64,000 nt of DNA. Source: Methanotrichaceae archaeon. Lineage in GTDB: Archaea > Halobacteriota > Methanosarcinia > Methanotrichales > Methanotrichaceae. The position numbers and the translations under genes were made by a program. The notes under the pieces were generated by a model. The model was not told where the DNA came from and did not search any database. It was given only the letters and a program-made list of their open reading frames with translations. Below, one piece after another: positions 54,111-64,000 of the stretch (position 1 is its first letter; the number at the start of each line of letters is the position of its first letter). The DNA lies in assembly GCA_963813075.1 (NCBI GenBank), contig CAWEXU010000004.1, positions 357,656 through 421,655 on the forward strand, given 5' to 3'.

Positions 54111-57100
54111 CTAGGGACCCTGGTCACTCAGGTCCAGCCGGTTCTCCCGGCGGAAGCGGTCCGCCTCCTGAATCAGGGTCAGGCGCGCCCTCTCGGCGCC
54201 CCAGGTCGCGACCAGGGACTGGTCCGGGGGGTCGTCCGACCACAGACGCCAGAGGTAGGCGGCATTGCCCCAGTAGCCCGCGACCAGGCCCTTGCCGTCC
54301 GGGGTGAAGGCGGCGGAGGCGACCGTGCGGTGCCCCGCCCCCAGGGTTAGCCAGGACCCGTCCAGGGTCCCCACGGGCTCGGTTGGGGCCCGCCACAGGC
54401 GCAGGTCGCCGTCGCGGGAACCGGTCAGAATCCAGCGCCCGTCGGGGCTGAACTCCACGACGGAGACCCGCTCGCGGTGTCCGGTGAGTTTGGCGAGCGG
54501 CGTCCCGTCCAGACCCCAGACCCGGGCATTGCCGTCCTGGCCGGCGCTGGCCAGGCTGGCGCCATCGGGAGCAAAGCGCACGGCGTTGACCTGGCTGCGG
54601 TGGCTGGTCAGGGGGGCTTGGGTTGCGCAGTCCTGGGCCAGGAGCTGGACCAGGCGGATGTTGCCGTCCCTCCCTGCGCTGGCCAAGCGGGTCCCGTCCG
54701 GGGACAGGACGACATCGAGGACTGCGCCCTTGTGGGCGTCGAGGTCGCACAGCCGCTCCCAACCGAAGCCCTCGCGACGGCGCATGACCCGCACCCGCCC
54801 GGCCTCGTCCCCGGTGGCGACGACCTGGGCCCCCTGTGCATCGCGACCGACCGTCGCGGCCTGGACCCGGGCGGGGCCGTGGACCAAGGCGGGGTCGGGG
54901 CCTGGGGGGCGCAGACCTGGCCGTCCCAATCCCAGAGGCGTACGGGGTTCGGGTCGTTGGAGGCGGTGAGGACCCAGTCCTCGTCCGGTCCGAACAGGGC
55001 ACGATAGACCTCAGGGACCGCCGCGGCGTTTCCGCTGCCGGTCTCGGGGGTGGAGACGACGGCATCCATAGTGCAGCCCGCCCCGGTACGCGGGTCCCAG
55101 GCCCGGGCCGTGCCGTCGTAGGACGCGCTTGCCAGCCAGAGCCCACTTGGGGAGAACTCGATCCGGCGCACCCGCCCGGTGTGACCGGTCAAGAGCTGCA
55201 TACGCTGCGGCGGGGCCGCCGGGTTGGCGCCATCCTGGCGCCAGACCCCGATGCTGCCGTCGTAGCTGCCGACCGCGAAGACCAGGGGGCCGCGGCCCAT
55301 TGCGTTCGCCCCTGCCGATACCTCGTCTTTGGTTGGGTCCACGCTGGCCGCGGCGTCCGGGGAGACAGCCACGCTGCCGACATGGTCCAGATGGGTCATG
55401 CGGTGGCCGATGCGGGAGATGCGGCGGACCCCCCAGAGCCGGGCCGAGCCGTCGCGGTCGGCGAAGGTCATGACCCTGGACCCGTCGGTGCTGAGCAAGG
55501 CGTCGGTGACCGCCGCGTCGTGGCTGAAGGCGGCGAGCTCGCGCCCCGTATAGACCCCCCAGAGACGGGCGGAGCGGTCATCGGAGGCGGTCAGGGCCAC
55601 GGGCTCGGCATCGGCGTCGCCGTGCGCAGGGGCCACACGGACCTCGGTGACGGCCAGGCGGTGCTGGCCCAGGATCTGCGCGCTGCCTTGGCGACTGAGG
55701 TCCCAGCGCACGACCTGGCCGTCTTCATCCCCGGCCACCAGATAGCGCCCGTCGCGGGCGAAGTCGAGGTCGCGCACGCTGCTGGTATGGAGCCGAATGG
55801 TCACCCCCCCCTCTTGGATCTCCCCCAGGTTGGCGATCAGGGTCCCATCGGTGCGGTAGACGCGCACCCGCTCGTCGGCGCAGGCCAGGCCGATGCGCCC
55901 GCCATCCACCGGATCGAAGACCGCCCGATTGATGCCCCGGCGCAATCTGCCCTCAGGGGGCAGGGTCAGGACCGGCTCGCCGCTGGCCAGGTCGATGACC
56001 TTGGCACTGCCGTCCGCGGAGGCCGTGACCAGGCGCTGTCCGTCCGGGGAAAAGTCGAGCCCGAGGATCTCGCGCTTGTGCAGTGCAACGGCCTCCGGGT
56101 TGTCCGGGTCGGGGATGCGTAGCGCAGCGCGCGGCCGGTTCACATCCATGATGCAGACACCGTAGGCGCTCGGGGACCCGGCCAGTGTACCGTCGGCCTG
56201 GGTCTGACCCAGCGCCTGGGCGACGGCGACGTGGCGGCCGGTGGGATCCAGGGCGACCAGGCTGCCGAAGTCCACGGCACAGGGAAAGTCCGGGGCTGCC
56301 TCTGGGCCCGCGGGCAGGAGCCAGACCCCACCCGGCCCCCCCGCCAGCACACGCGATGCATCCCCCTTGCCGACGAAGGCCAGCATGCGCAGGTCAAGCC
56401 CGGGATCGGCCAGCGGACCCTCCAACTCGAAGCGCCCCCCCGCCAGGCGCCAAAGGGAGACGCCCTCCGCCGGAGTGGCCGTGATCAGGCGTTCGCCGTC
56501 GTCGCGGAAGGCCGGCGCGATGGGCCGCCCCTCTGGCCCCGGCGCGTCGTCGGGGGCGCCCTGGGCCATGGCGATGAGCCGGTTCTCCGTCAGCACCCGG
56601 CTGACGGTATCGCTGGCCTCCTGAGGTAGGGCGGGAGCGGCCGCCAGGGCCCGCATCAGGGCCCGGGGGGAATTGCCCTTGGCGATATCGGTGGCGGCGG
56701 CGGCCAGTTCGCTGCGATGCAGCAGGATCCGGGCCGAATGGGAGGCGTCCAGCGCCCAGAGGGCGGCCCAGGTGGCCAGGGCCAGCAGCACCAGCAAGCT
56801 CGCCCCGATGGCGCGCAGGGCCTGACTGCGCCGGCGCTGGAGGCCGAGATAGAGGGCGGACTGGGCCAGGTAGTCGGCCTCCAGGGGCTCGATCTCTCCG
56901 GCCAGGGTCCCGGCCAGGGCCTTGGCGGCGGGATAACCGGCGGCGCCGAGGAGGTATTCCCGGTTGCAGTCGGTACGCCGCCAGAGCTGGGCGCGGCGCC
57001 CGATCTGATAGCGCAGTTGCAGGGTCTGGCGGTTGTCGGGCCGAGCCAGCCAGTCGCGGACCGGAGACCAGCCGGTGAGCAGCACCGGGTGGGTGAAGCT

Positions 57101-59171
57101 GGCCCCGGCGCGCCAGGCGGCCCAATCGGTCAAGTCGTCCGGGACGGCCGGCTCAGCCTCGGCGGCTGACCCGCCCTGGCCCGCTGCGGACGCGGCCGCC
57201 GCGAGCGGTCGGATCTGCGGCCAGTTCTGGCGCCAGCTCTGCCGTCAGCGCTGCGGCGGCCCGCTTCGGCCTCAGCCTGGCGCGCCACCCAGCCCAGGTC
57301 TGACGCAGGGTCTCGCGCACCTCCGCCAACAGGCTGTAGTCGACCTGGGGGCAGGGGCTGCCGGTCAGGTGGTCGCGCTCGGCGTCCACGGCCACCAGGC
57401 GCGCCTCCACCAGGGCCGCGACCAGGGCGCGGCAGGCGGGGTCCGCCTCCAGCACCCGGAGATCCCCGGAGCGCAGGGCGGGGCGGACCCCATCCTGGCT
57501 GATGAGGGCACGGCAGAGCACAGGCAGGGCCGACCGCACCGCGGCGTCGAGCCCTGCCCAGACCGCCTCGGCCCTTGCGAGCACGACACCGGCGATACCT
57601 CCCACGGCCTGGTAGTCGGCCCGGGTCAGGGTCGCGCCTGTGGGGCCGCGCGGCTGGGTCCGGGCGCGCTCAGCGGCGCTGCGGTAGGCCAGGTCCAGCG
57701 CCGCCTCCACCAGGGGTGGCCAGTGGCGCAGGGTCCCGGCCTCCGCCTCCAGCAGATCCACCAGGCTGCGGCGGTCCCCGGGGGCGTGGCCCTCGACCTC
57801 AACCCCAGCGACCCCCGCCGGGATCTCCACCACCTGGCGTACCCGCCCCGGGGCCGGGGCCTCCAGGTGGTACCAGGCGCCCGGGTCGAGCCCGGGAACC
57901 CCATCGCCATCCGAGACCGCCAGCAGGGGCAGGAGGGGGGCCAGGAGACCCAGCCGGGCGGTCCCCACCACCCCGATGACCCAGGTCCGCCCGCCGGAGG
58001 CCAGGGCGGCGGCGGCCGCGACCAGGCCGGCACAGGCATCCGGGGTCTGCTCGGCACAGGCGGCGAGCAGGGCGTCCAGGGGGTCCAGGACCAGGGCCAG
58101 GCGCACCTCCCCCTCGGCCATCCCGGTATGGCCCTTTCGGTCTTGGGCCAAGGCGGTGAGGGCCGCTCCCACCTGGGCCGCGGCGGCGCCGGGGTCGCGG
58201 GCGAGGAGGTGGGTCAGGCCCTCGGGTGTGACACCGAAGCCGGCCAGGGTCGGCCCCAGTGCCTGGGGGGTACAGAGCCCCGCGGCGAGGGCGGCCAAGG
58301 GCCCTGCTGGCGAATCAGTCGCCGGATCGGCTCCCGGGCTGGGGTCCACCAGGGCGATGCGGCACCCGGCGACCCCTTCGAGCAGGAAGGGACGTTCCAG
58401 GCGCGACAGCAGCCCGGCGCGGATCAGTGAGGTCTTGCCGGAGCCGCTCGCCCCGCTGAGGAGGAGGAAGGACCGCCCCGGGAGGCGGGCGAGGAGGTCT
58501 CGGGTCTCCGCCTCGCGCCCGGTGAAGATGCGGGCATCGGCCTGGGCGTAGGGTCCGTCCGGGCGGTAGGGGCTGCCGCGCCACTCCGCGGCCCCGGCGG
58601 CCGCACGTTTCTCGGCGGAGATGCGCCGGTTGAGGAGCTTGCGCAACTGCCCCTCCACCAGGTCGCGGAAGCCGGCGTCGCTGTCGAAGGTGCGGAAGGC
58701 CCGTCGGAAGGACTCGTCCGGGTTGAAGAAGTTGGCGCGGAAGAACTCCTCCAGGCGGCGGCGGTCCTCCAGGGCCTCACGGGTCGCCTCGGCGTTGGTG
58801 ATGTCCACGAAGCGGGGTGTGGTCTTCTTGTAGACCAGCACCTCGGGGTGCCCGTGTCCGGCGGATGCCTCCACCGCGTTGACGAACTCCCACTGGGTCC
58901 CCGTCATGCCGCCATAGGGTTCGTCCGGTAGCGGAGTCCCGAGCCGGGTCCACAGGACCACCACGACGATCTCGCAATCCGACGGGCGCAGGATGCCGTC
59001 CTGGAAGTTGCGGTCCGCGGTGAGGGCCTCCTCCTCCCACAGGATCGCCTGGACATCGAAGTAGGACAAATACTCCTCGCGCAGCCGCCCGCACACATCC
59101 TTGAGCAGGGCGCGTTCGTGATCCACGTCGGAGGGGGACGAGACGAAGATGCGTACCTTGGAGTCGGACAT
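54111..59171 (-). CDS. DUF4062/TIR-like domain + nSTAND1-like NTPase + TM + WD40 repeat protein; frameshifts near 57150 and 54920
   Basis: RIFVSSPSDV..ER N-terminus; SPYR...FTGRE; GASGSGKTSLIRAG; TM helix; many H...FSPDG..LASA..DG..RxW repeats. Confidence 0.82.
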
Positions 59172-59305
59172 TGGGACTTTTGGCTGAGGAGTTCCTGACG
59201 TCAGGGTGGCACTATAGCCGCAGACAGGACCAGTGGCGGCGCGCGATGTACAGCGGGTCCTCGACGATCCGGGGTGTGGGCGAATTCCAGATCGGTGCGC
59301 TCCCC

Positions 59306-60043
59306 TCAGGGCGCCCCACCAAAATCCCCCCATAGGGTCTGGATGGCGGCGATGGCAGCAAGAGGGGCGGTCTCGGTGCGCAGAATGCGCGGTCCCAGAC
59401 GCACCCCCGTGAAACCGGCAGCCCGGGCGGCGGTGCGCTCTGCCTCGCTCAAGCCGCCCTCGGGGCCAATCAGCAAGGTGATCTCCCCATCAGGAGCGGG
59501 CAGCCCGGGCAGCGGCCTTAGGCTGCGATGGTCGAGCAGGATGCCGCAGCGGTGGCCCTGGGCCAGCCAATCCTCCAGCCGGGCCGCCTGCCCCAGCCCT
59601 GGCAAGCGGCGGCGGCCGCTCTGCTCGCAGGCGGCGATCATCACCCCCTCCCAATGGGCCTGGCGCTTGGCCAGACGCTCGGGGTCCAGGCGCACCACGC
59701 TACGCCCGGTGAAGAGCGGTGTGACACGTTCCACTCCTAGCTCCACGGCCTTCTGTAGGGCGAAGTCCATGCGTTCGCCCTTGGAGACGCCGATCCCCAG
59801 GTGGATGCGCAGGGCGGGGGTGGGCGCCTCCTCGCCCACCGCCTCGCACGCCACAGAGGTGCGGGTTCGATGGGCATCGAGCAGGCGCCCCTCGTAGTCG
59901 TGACCGTCGCCATTGAAGAGAGTCACCGGGTCCCCGGCGGCCAGGCGCAGGACCAGGGTCAGGTGCTGGGACTGGGCCACGGGCAGGGCGACCCGGGCCC
60001 CGGCGGCCAGCGGTAGATCGACGTAGACGCGGGTGCAACGCAT
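59306..60043 (-). CDS. rsmE: 16S rRNA m3U1498 methyltransferase
   Basis: HLTLVLR, QKAVELGV, ACEQSGR, IGPEGG, LGPRILRTETA; ATG 60043. Confidence 0.94.
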   Translation of the reverse strand: MRCTRVYVDLPLAAGARVALPVAQSQHLTLVLRLAAGDPVTLFNGDGHDYEGRLLDAHRTRTSVACEAVGEEAPTPALRIHLGIGVSKGERMDFALQKAVELGVERVTPLFTGRSVVRLDPERLAKRQAHWEGVMIAACEQSGRRRLPGLGQAARLEDWLAQGHRCGILLDHRSLRPLPGLPAPDGEITLLIGPEGGLSEAERTAARAAGFTGVRLGPRILRTETAPLAAIAAIQTLWGDFGGAP

Positions 60044-61416
60044 CAGTCGGAGGTCGCGACGTCGATCCCCTCGGCGGCGATCTGGATGAGCCAGCGAATC
60101 TGTTCCGGGGTGATGACGTAAGGGGGCATGAGGTAAACGACATTGCCCAGCGGGCGCAGCAGGGCCCCACGCCCCAAGGCGTGTTGGTAAACCCGCAGGC
60201 CACGGCGCTCCTGCCAGGGATAGGGGGTGCGGGTCGCCTTGTCCTTGACCATCTCGATGGCGAGGATCATGCCGGTCTGGCGGACCTCGGCGACATGGGG
60301 GTGATCTGCCAGGGGGGCGGCGGCCTCGTCCATGGCCCGAGCCAAGGCGTGGTTGGCCTCGATCACCCGGTCCGAAGCGAAGATGTCCAGGGTCGCCAGG
60401 GCGGCGCGGCAGGCAAGCGCATTGCCGGTGTAGCTGTGGGAGTGGAGGAAGGCGGTAAGGTTCTGGTAGTCGTCGTAGAAGGCCTGGTAGACCTCCTCGC
60501 GGGTCATGACCACCGACAGCGGCAGATAACCCCCGGTCAAGCCCTTGGAGAGGCACAGAAAGTCCGGGGCGATGCCGGCCTGTTCGCAGGCAAACAGGGT
60601 CCCGGTGCGCCCAAAGCCCACCGCGATCTCGTCGGCGATCAGGTGCGCCCCATGCCGGTCGCACGCCTCGCGCAGCAGGGTCAGATAGGCGGGGTGGTAC
60701 ATGCGCATGCCCCCGGCGCACTGGACCAGGGGCTCAACGATGACGGCGGCGATCTCCCCTGTCCTTTCGCTCAGAATCCGTTCCATGTCCGCGAGGCGCC
60801 GGCGGGAGTGTGCCTCCCAGGTCTCGCCCGGCTCGCGGTGGTAGCAGTCCGGGGAGGGGGCCGTGATGACCTCCATCAGGAGCGGGGCATAGGTCTCCTT
60901 GAACAGGGGCACGTCGCCCACCGCGAGCGCCCCCAGGGTCTCGCCGTGATAGCCGTTGCTCAAGGCTACGAAGCGGGTCTTCTGCCCCTGTCCGCAGTTG
61001 CGCCAGTAGTGGTAGCTCATCTTGAGCGCGACCTCGATGGCCGAGGAGCCGTTGTCGGCGTAGAAGGCGCGGGTGAGCCCGGGCGGGGCCAGCGCAACCA
61101 GACGCTCGGCCAGGGTCACGGCCGGCTCGTGGGTAAAGCCGGCGAGGATGACATGTTCCAGGCGGTCGAGCTGGTCGCACAAGGCCGCGTTGATGCGCGG
61201 GTTGGCGTGGCCGAACAGGTTGACCCACCAAGAGGAGATGGCGTCGAGGTAGCGGTTGCCGTCGAAGTCCTCCAGCCAGACCCCCTCGCCGCGGCGTATG
61301 GGGATCATCGGCAAGGATTCGTGGTCCTTCATCTGGGTGCACGGGTGCCAGACGACGCTGAGGTCGCGGGCACTCAAGTCGGCGTTGGTGAGCATCGGCG
61401 ACGTACGTTGAGTCAT
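60043..61416 (-). CDS. bioA: Adenosylmethionine-8-amino-7-oxononanoate transaminase
   Basis: VWHPCTQM, DAISSWWVN, YHGET, DEIAVGFGRTG, SKGLTGG, HSHSYTGN. Confidence 0.95.
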   Translation of the reverse strand: MTQRTSPMLTNADLSARDLSVVWHPCTQMKDHESLPMIPIRRGEGVWLEDFDGNRYLDAISSWWVNLFGHANPRINAALCDQLDRLEHVILAGFTHEPAVTLAERLVALAPPGLTRAFYADNGSSAIEVALKMSYHYWRNCGQGQKTRFVALSNGYHGETLGALAVGDVPLFKETYAPLLMEVITAPSPDCYHREPGETWEAHSRRRLADMERILSERTGEIAAVIVEPLVQCAGGMRMYHPAYLTLLREACDRHGAHLIADEIAVGFGRTGTLFACEQAGIAPDFLCLSKGLTGGYLPLSVVMTREEVYQAFYDDYQNLTAFLHSHSYTGNALACRAALATLDIFASDRVIEANHALARAMDEAAAPLADHPHVAEVRQTGMILAIEMVKDKATRTPYPWQERRGLRVYQHALGRGALLRPLGNVVYLMPPYVITPEQIRWLIQIAAEGIDVATSD

Positions 61417-61432
61417 GTCCGTACAGCGGACC

Positions 61433-61807
61433 CTAGAGGTTGCGCCAGGCGCCCAGCGCCAGCAGGGCCCAACCGGCGATGAGCAGGGTCCCGCCGAAGG
61501 GGGTGATGGCACCCAGGCCGCGCACCCCGGTCAGGACCAAGGCGAACAGGCTGCCGCTGAACAAGACAGTCCCGATCACGAAGCACCAGCCCGCGACCCC
61601 AATGAGGCGCGACCCTGGGAGGTGCAATGCGATCAGGCCGCAGCCGAGCAGGGCCAGGGCGTGCATCCCCAGGTAGTCCGCCCCGGTCCCCCAGGTCGCC
61701 AACATGGGCTCGGCGACCCGCCCGCGCAGCCCGTGGGCACCGAAGGCGCCAAGACCGACGCTCAGAAACCCGTAAATCGCCCCCAGGGTCAGCCAGATGC
61801 GTGCCAT
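61433..61807 (-). CDS. DUF423 (YgdD/TMEM256) membrane protein
   Basis: GAFGAHGL, LFSGSL, GAITPFGG. Confidence 0.9.
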   Translation of the reverse strand: MARIWLTLGAIYGFLSVGLGAFGAHGLRGRVAEPMLATWGTGADYLGMHALALLGCGLIALHLPGSRLIGVAGWCFVIGTVLFSGSLFALVLTGVRGLGAITPFGGTLLIAGWALLALGAWRNL

Positions 61808-61818
61808 CTCGTAATGCC

Positions 61819-62496
61819 TCAATCGTCGCGTCCGTCGGCGCCCAGCAGGGCCAGGGTCTCGGCGGCGATCTCACGTACGTCCGGTCGCTCGTCCTCCAGT
61901 AGCCGGCGTACTGGCGGTATGGCCTTTGGGTCTCCCGCAAGGCCGAGGAAGTGGCAGGCATCGGCACGGGCCTGGGGGTTGTCCGACAGCGTGAGCTGCA
62001 CCAGTGCCGGGACTGCCGCTCGCAGGGCCGGCTCACCCGCCAGGTCCTCCACCAGGGCTCCGATCCCGATGCGTAGGGCCATGGGCGTCTCGTCGGCGCC
62101 GAGCAGGGCGAGGAGTTCCAGCAGCCCGGTGGGGCTTGCACGCACCAACCGCCCGACCTCGTCCAGACGCCGATGCTCCAGCAGGTGGGCATAGTAGGCC
62201 GCCCAACCGTTCCCGGCTGCGGCCCGATCGGCCCAAGCGCTAAGCTCCGCGGCGGGCATGGCCCCGACCAGCTCGAAGGGTCCGATGCGCGTCCAGGGCA
62301 CCGAGCGCACCTCGTCCCCCAATGCTGGCTGCCGTCCCGCGGTCAGGTTGACGATCTCCAGACGGGCCAAACGGCCCTGCTTGACCAGACGCACCAGGCC
62401 GTCCAGAACCGTAGCGCAGTGGGGGCAGGCCGAGCCGACATAAACCAGCGCCTCAGGGAGCGGGCGATCGGGGTTGGACGGGTAGGTGTCGGTCAT
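61819..62496 (-). CDS. Thioredoxin-like domain + HEAT repeat protein
   Basis: CPHC and VRSVP motifs; RADACHFLG and DVREIAAETL HEAT units; ATG 62496. Confidence 0.8.
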   Translation of the reverse strand: MTDTYPSNPDRPLPEALVYVGSACPHCATVLDGLVRLVKQGRLARLEIVNLTAGRQPALGDEVRSVPWTRIGPFELVGAMPAAELSAWADRAAAGNGWAAYYAHLLEHRRLDEVGRLVRASPTGLLELLALLGADETPMALRIGIGALVEDLAGEPALRAAVPALVQLTLSDNPQARADACHFLGLAGDPKAIPPVRRLLEDERPDVREIAAETLALLGADGRDD

Positions 62497-62673
62497 GGCC
62501 GAAAGATGCGCGATCGAGGGAGTTCCGCCGGGACAAATAGGGCTACAGTAACCCGCGCCCGGGTATCTGGAAAGCCCGCCTCGGCACAGGCTAACGAGCC
62601 CAGCGAAAAACCCAATACCACTATCAGAATTATCTAATAAGACGATTTTATGATGGCCCTGGGGATTACTGTT

Positions 62674-62703
62674 TTGACAGGGGCTTGGCTCCATCACTAT
62701 CTT
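62674..62703 (+). promoter_or_regulatory. Sigma70-like promoter for aprBA
   Basis: TTGACA (62674-62679), 18-nt spacer, TATCTT (62698-62703), preceded by an AT-rich patch. Confidence 0.5.
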
Positions 62704-62937
62704 GCGCAACTCGCGGAGCAGGTCGCGACCTGGGCCCCGTGCCCGGGCCTCGCCGACCCCTTCGGGGCCTGGACCTTGGCCGGCCAAACCGGCCGCGTCG
62801 TCACGGACGATCACCTCAGCGAGTTTCGGCAGCACACCCGTCAGAATCCGACCCCCCCGTCGGTTCTCCGGGGGCCGCCGCAAACCCATCACCACGTCGG
62901 CATTCACGAGCAGTGAAACGTTAGGAGATCGAGCACC

Positions 62938-63405
62938 ATGCCAACTTTTGTGCGTACTGATAAGTGCGACGGCTGCAAGGGCCAGGACAAGACCGCTTGC
63001 ATGTACATCTGCCCCCACGACCTGATGAAGCTGGACCAGGACGGCTCCGACACTGGTCACGCCATGAAGGCCTTCAACCAGGAACCCGAGCAGTGCTGGG
63101 AGTGCTACTCCTGCGTCAAGATCTGCCCGCAGCAGGCCATCGAGTGCCGCCACTATGCCGACGTCGTCCCCATGGGTGCCTCTGTGCAGCCCCTGCGCGG
63201 TACCGACTCCATCATGTGGACCATCAAGTTCCGCAACGGCCTCATGAAGCGGTTCAAGTTCCCGATCCGCACCACCCCTGAAGGCTCCATCGACCCGTAC
63301 GGCAACAAGCCCGCCGCCGACATCAGTAAGATCGGCCAGGCCGGCTTCTTCACCCTGGGCGGCGTCCAGAAGGCCGGCGATCCCGCCGAACTGATCCGCA
63401 AGTAA
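62938..63405 (+). CDS. aprB: Adenylylsulfate reductase beta subunit
   Basis: CDGCKGQDKTACMYICP and CWECYSCVKICP; WTIKFRNG, FKFPIRTT; AGGAG RBS. Confidence 0.96.
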   Translation: MPTFVRTDKCDGCKGQDKTACMYICPHDLMKLDQDGSDTGHAMKAFNQEPEQCWECYSCVKICPQQAIECRHYADVVPMGASVQPLRGTDSIMWTIKFRNGLMKRFKFPIRTTPEGSIDPYGNKPAADISKIGQAGFFTLGGVQKAGDPAELIRK

Positions 63406-63470
63406 GCGGCGCTCCCCCGGACCGCCCCGGACAGATCAGTCAAGACTCAAGAGATTCAGAGGTTATTGAA

Positions 63471-64000
63471 ATGGCAGGTACATTCGACAATCCCGAAGTC
63501 GTCCAGGAAGAGGTCGACATCCTTATCATCGGCGGTGGCATGGGCGCCTGCGGCGCCGCCTACGAGATCGGCCCCTGGCTCGATCAGGCCAAGGCCCAGG
63601 GCATCGACCTCAAGGTCAAGCTGGTTGACAAGGCCGCCATGGACCGCTCGGGCGCCGTGGCCCAGGGCCTGTCCGCCATCAACACCTACATCGGCTCCGA
63701 GCAGGACCCGGCGGACTATGCCCGCATGGTCTCCAACGACCTGATGGGCATCACCCGCGACGACCTGGCCTATGACCTGGGCCGTCACGTCGATGACTCC
63801 GTGCATCTGTTCGAGGAGTGGGGTCTGCCGATCTGGAAGCAGCCCGGCGACGAAGGCAAGCCCCTGGTCGACGGCGGCAAGCCCGTACGTTCCGGCAAGT
63901 GGCAGATCATGATCAACGGCGAGTCCTACAAGTGGATCGTCGCTGAGGCCGCCAAGAAGGCCCTGGGCACCGAGCGCATCCAGGAGCGCGTCTTCATCGT
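63471..64000 (+). CDS. aprA: Adenylylsulfate reductase alpha subunit, partial
   Basis: Manual translation MAGTFDNPEVVQEEVDILIIGGGMG...RSGAVAQGLSAINTY...GKWQIMINGESYK; open to the window edge. Confidence 0.95.
   Translation, partial: MAGTFDNPEVVQEEVDILIIGGGMGACGAAYEIGPWLDQAKAQGIDLKVKLVDKAAMDRSGAVAQGLSAINTYIGSEQDPADYARMVSNDLMGITRDDLAYDLGRHVDDSVHLFEEWGLPIWKQPGDEGKPLVDGGKPVRSGKWQIMINGESYKWIVAEAAKKALGTERIQERVFI

Noticed and set aside
267..59171. Frequent frameshifts as programmed recoding or mass pseudogenisation
   Set aside because: They hit housekeeping genes (nadE, trpB, cbiQ) at arbitrary positions with otherwise intact motifs and no shared slippery signal; uncorrected indel errors are the simpler explanation
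53355..63806. Many long Arg/Pro/Gly-rich overlapping ORFs
   Set aside because: Expected stop-poor shadow frames in very GC-rich DNA overlapping well-supported genes
53361..64000. Bacterial genomic island inserted into an archaeal chromosome
   Set aside because: No mobility genes or att sites, truncated genes at the boundary, and ordinary chromosomal gene content

Overview
The window joins two unrelated DNA segments at about 53,360. Bases 1 to ~53,359 look like a methanogenic archaeon, most consistent with Methanothrix/Methanosarcinales (inferred from gene content and GAGGTG RBSs). That part carries a membrane-tethered wHTH regulator with secreted neighbours, nadE, a GNAT, a radical SAM protein, three cation antiporters, an HAE3/RND-COG1361-RDD operon, lysA, SufC/SufB (SMS-type), a secreted protein with ~23 Cys-rich Dictyostelium-type repeats, a TPR protein with two serpins, trpBA, xseAB, cbiMNQO, larB, EndoQ and an AT-richer surface-glycosylation island. 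Bases ~53,360 to 64,000 are very GC-rich and look like a sulfur-oxidising gammaproteobacterium (Chromatiaceae-like): DUF455, a large DUF4062/TIR-like-nSTAND1-TM-WD40 protein, rsmE, bioA, DUF423, a thioredoxin-HEAT protein and aprBA. Many genes, including housekeeping ones, are split by single-base frameshifts that are probably sequencing errors, so spans are given for the reconstructed genes. I saw no rRNA, tRNA, CRISPR array or IS element. All family calls come from motif recognition, not database searches.
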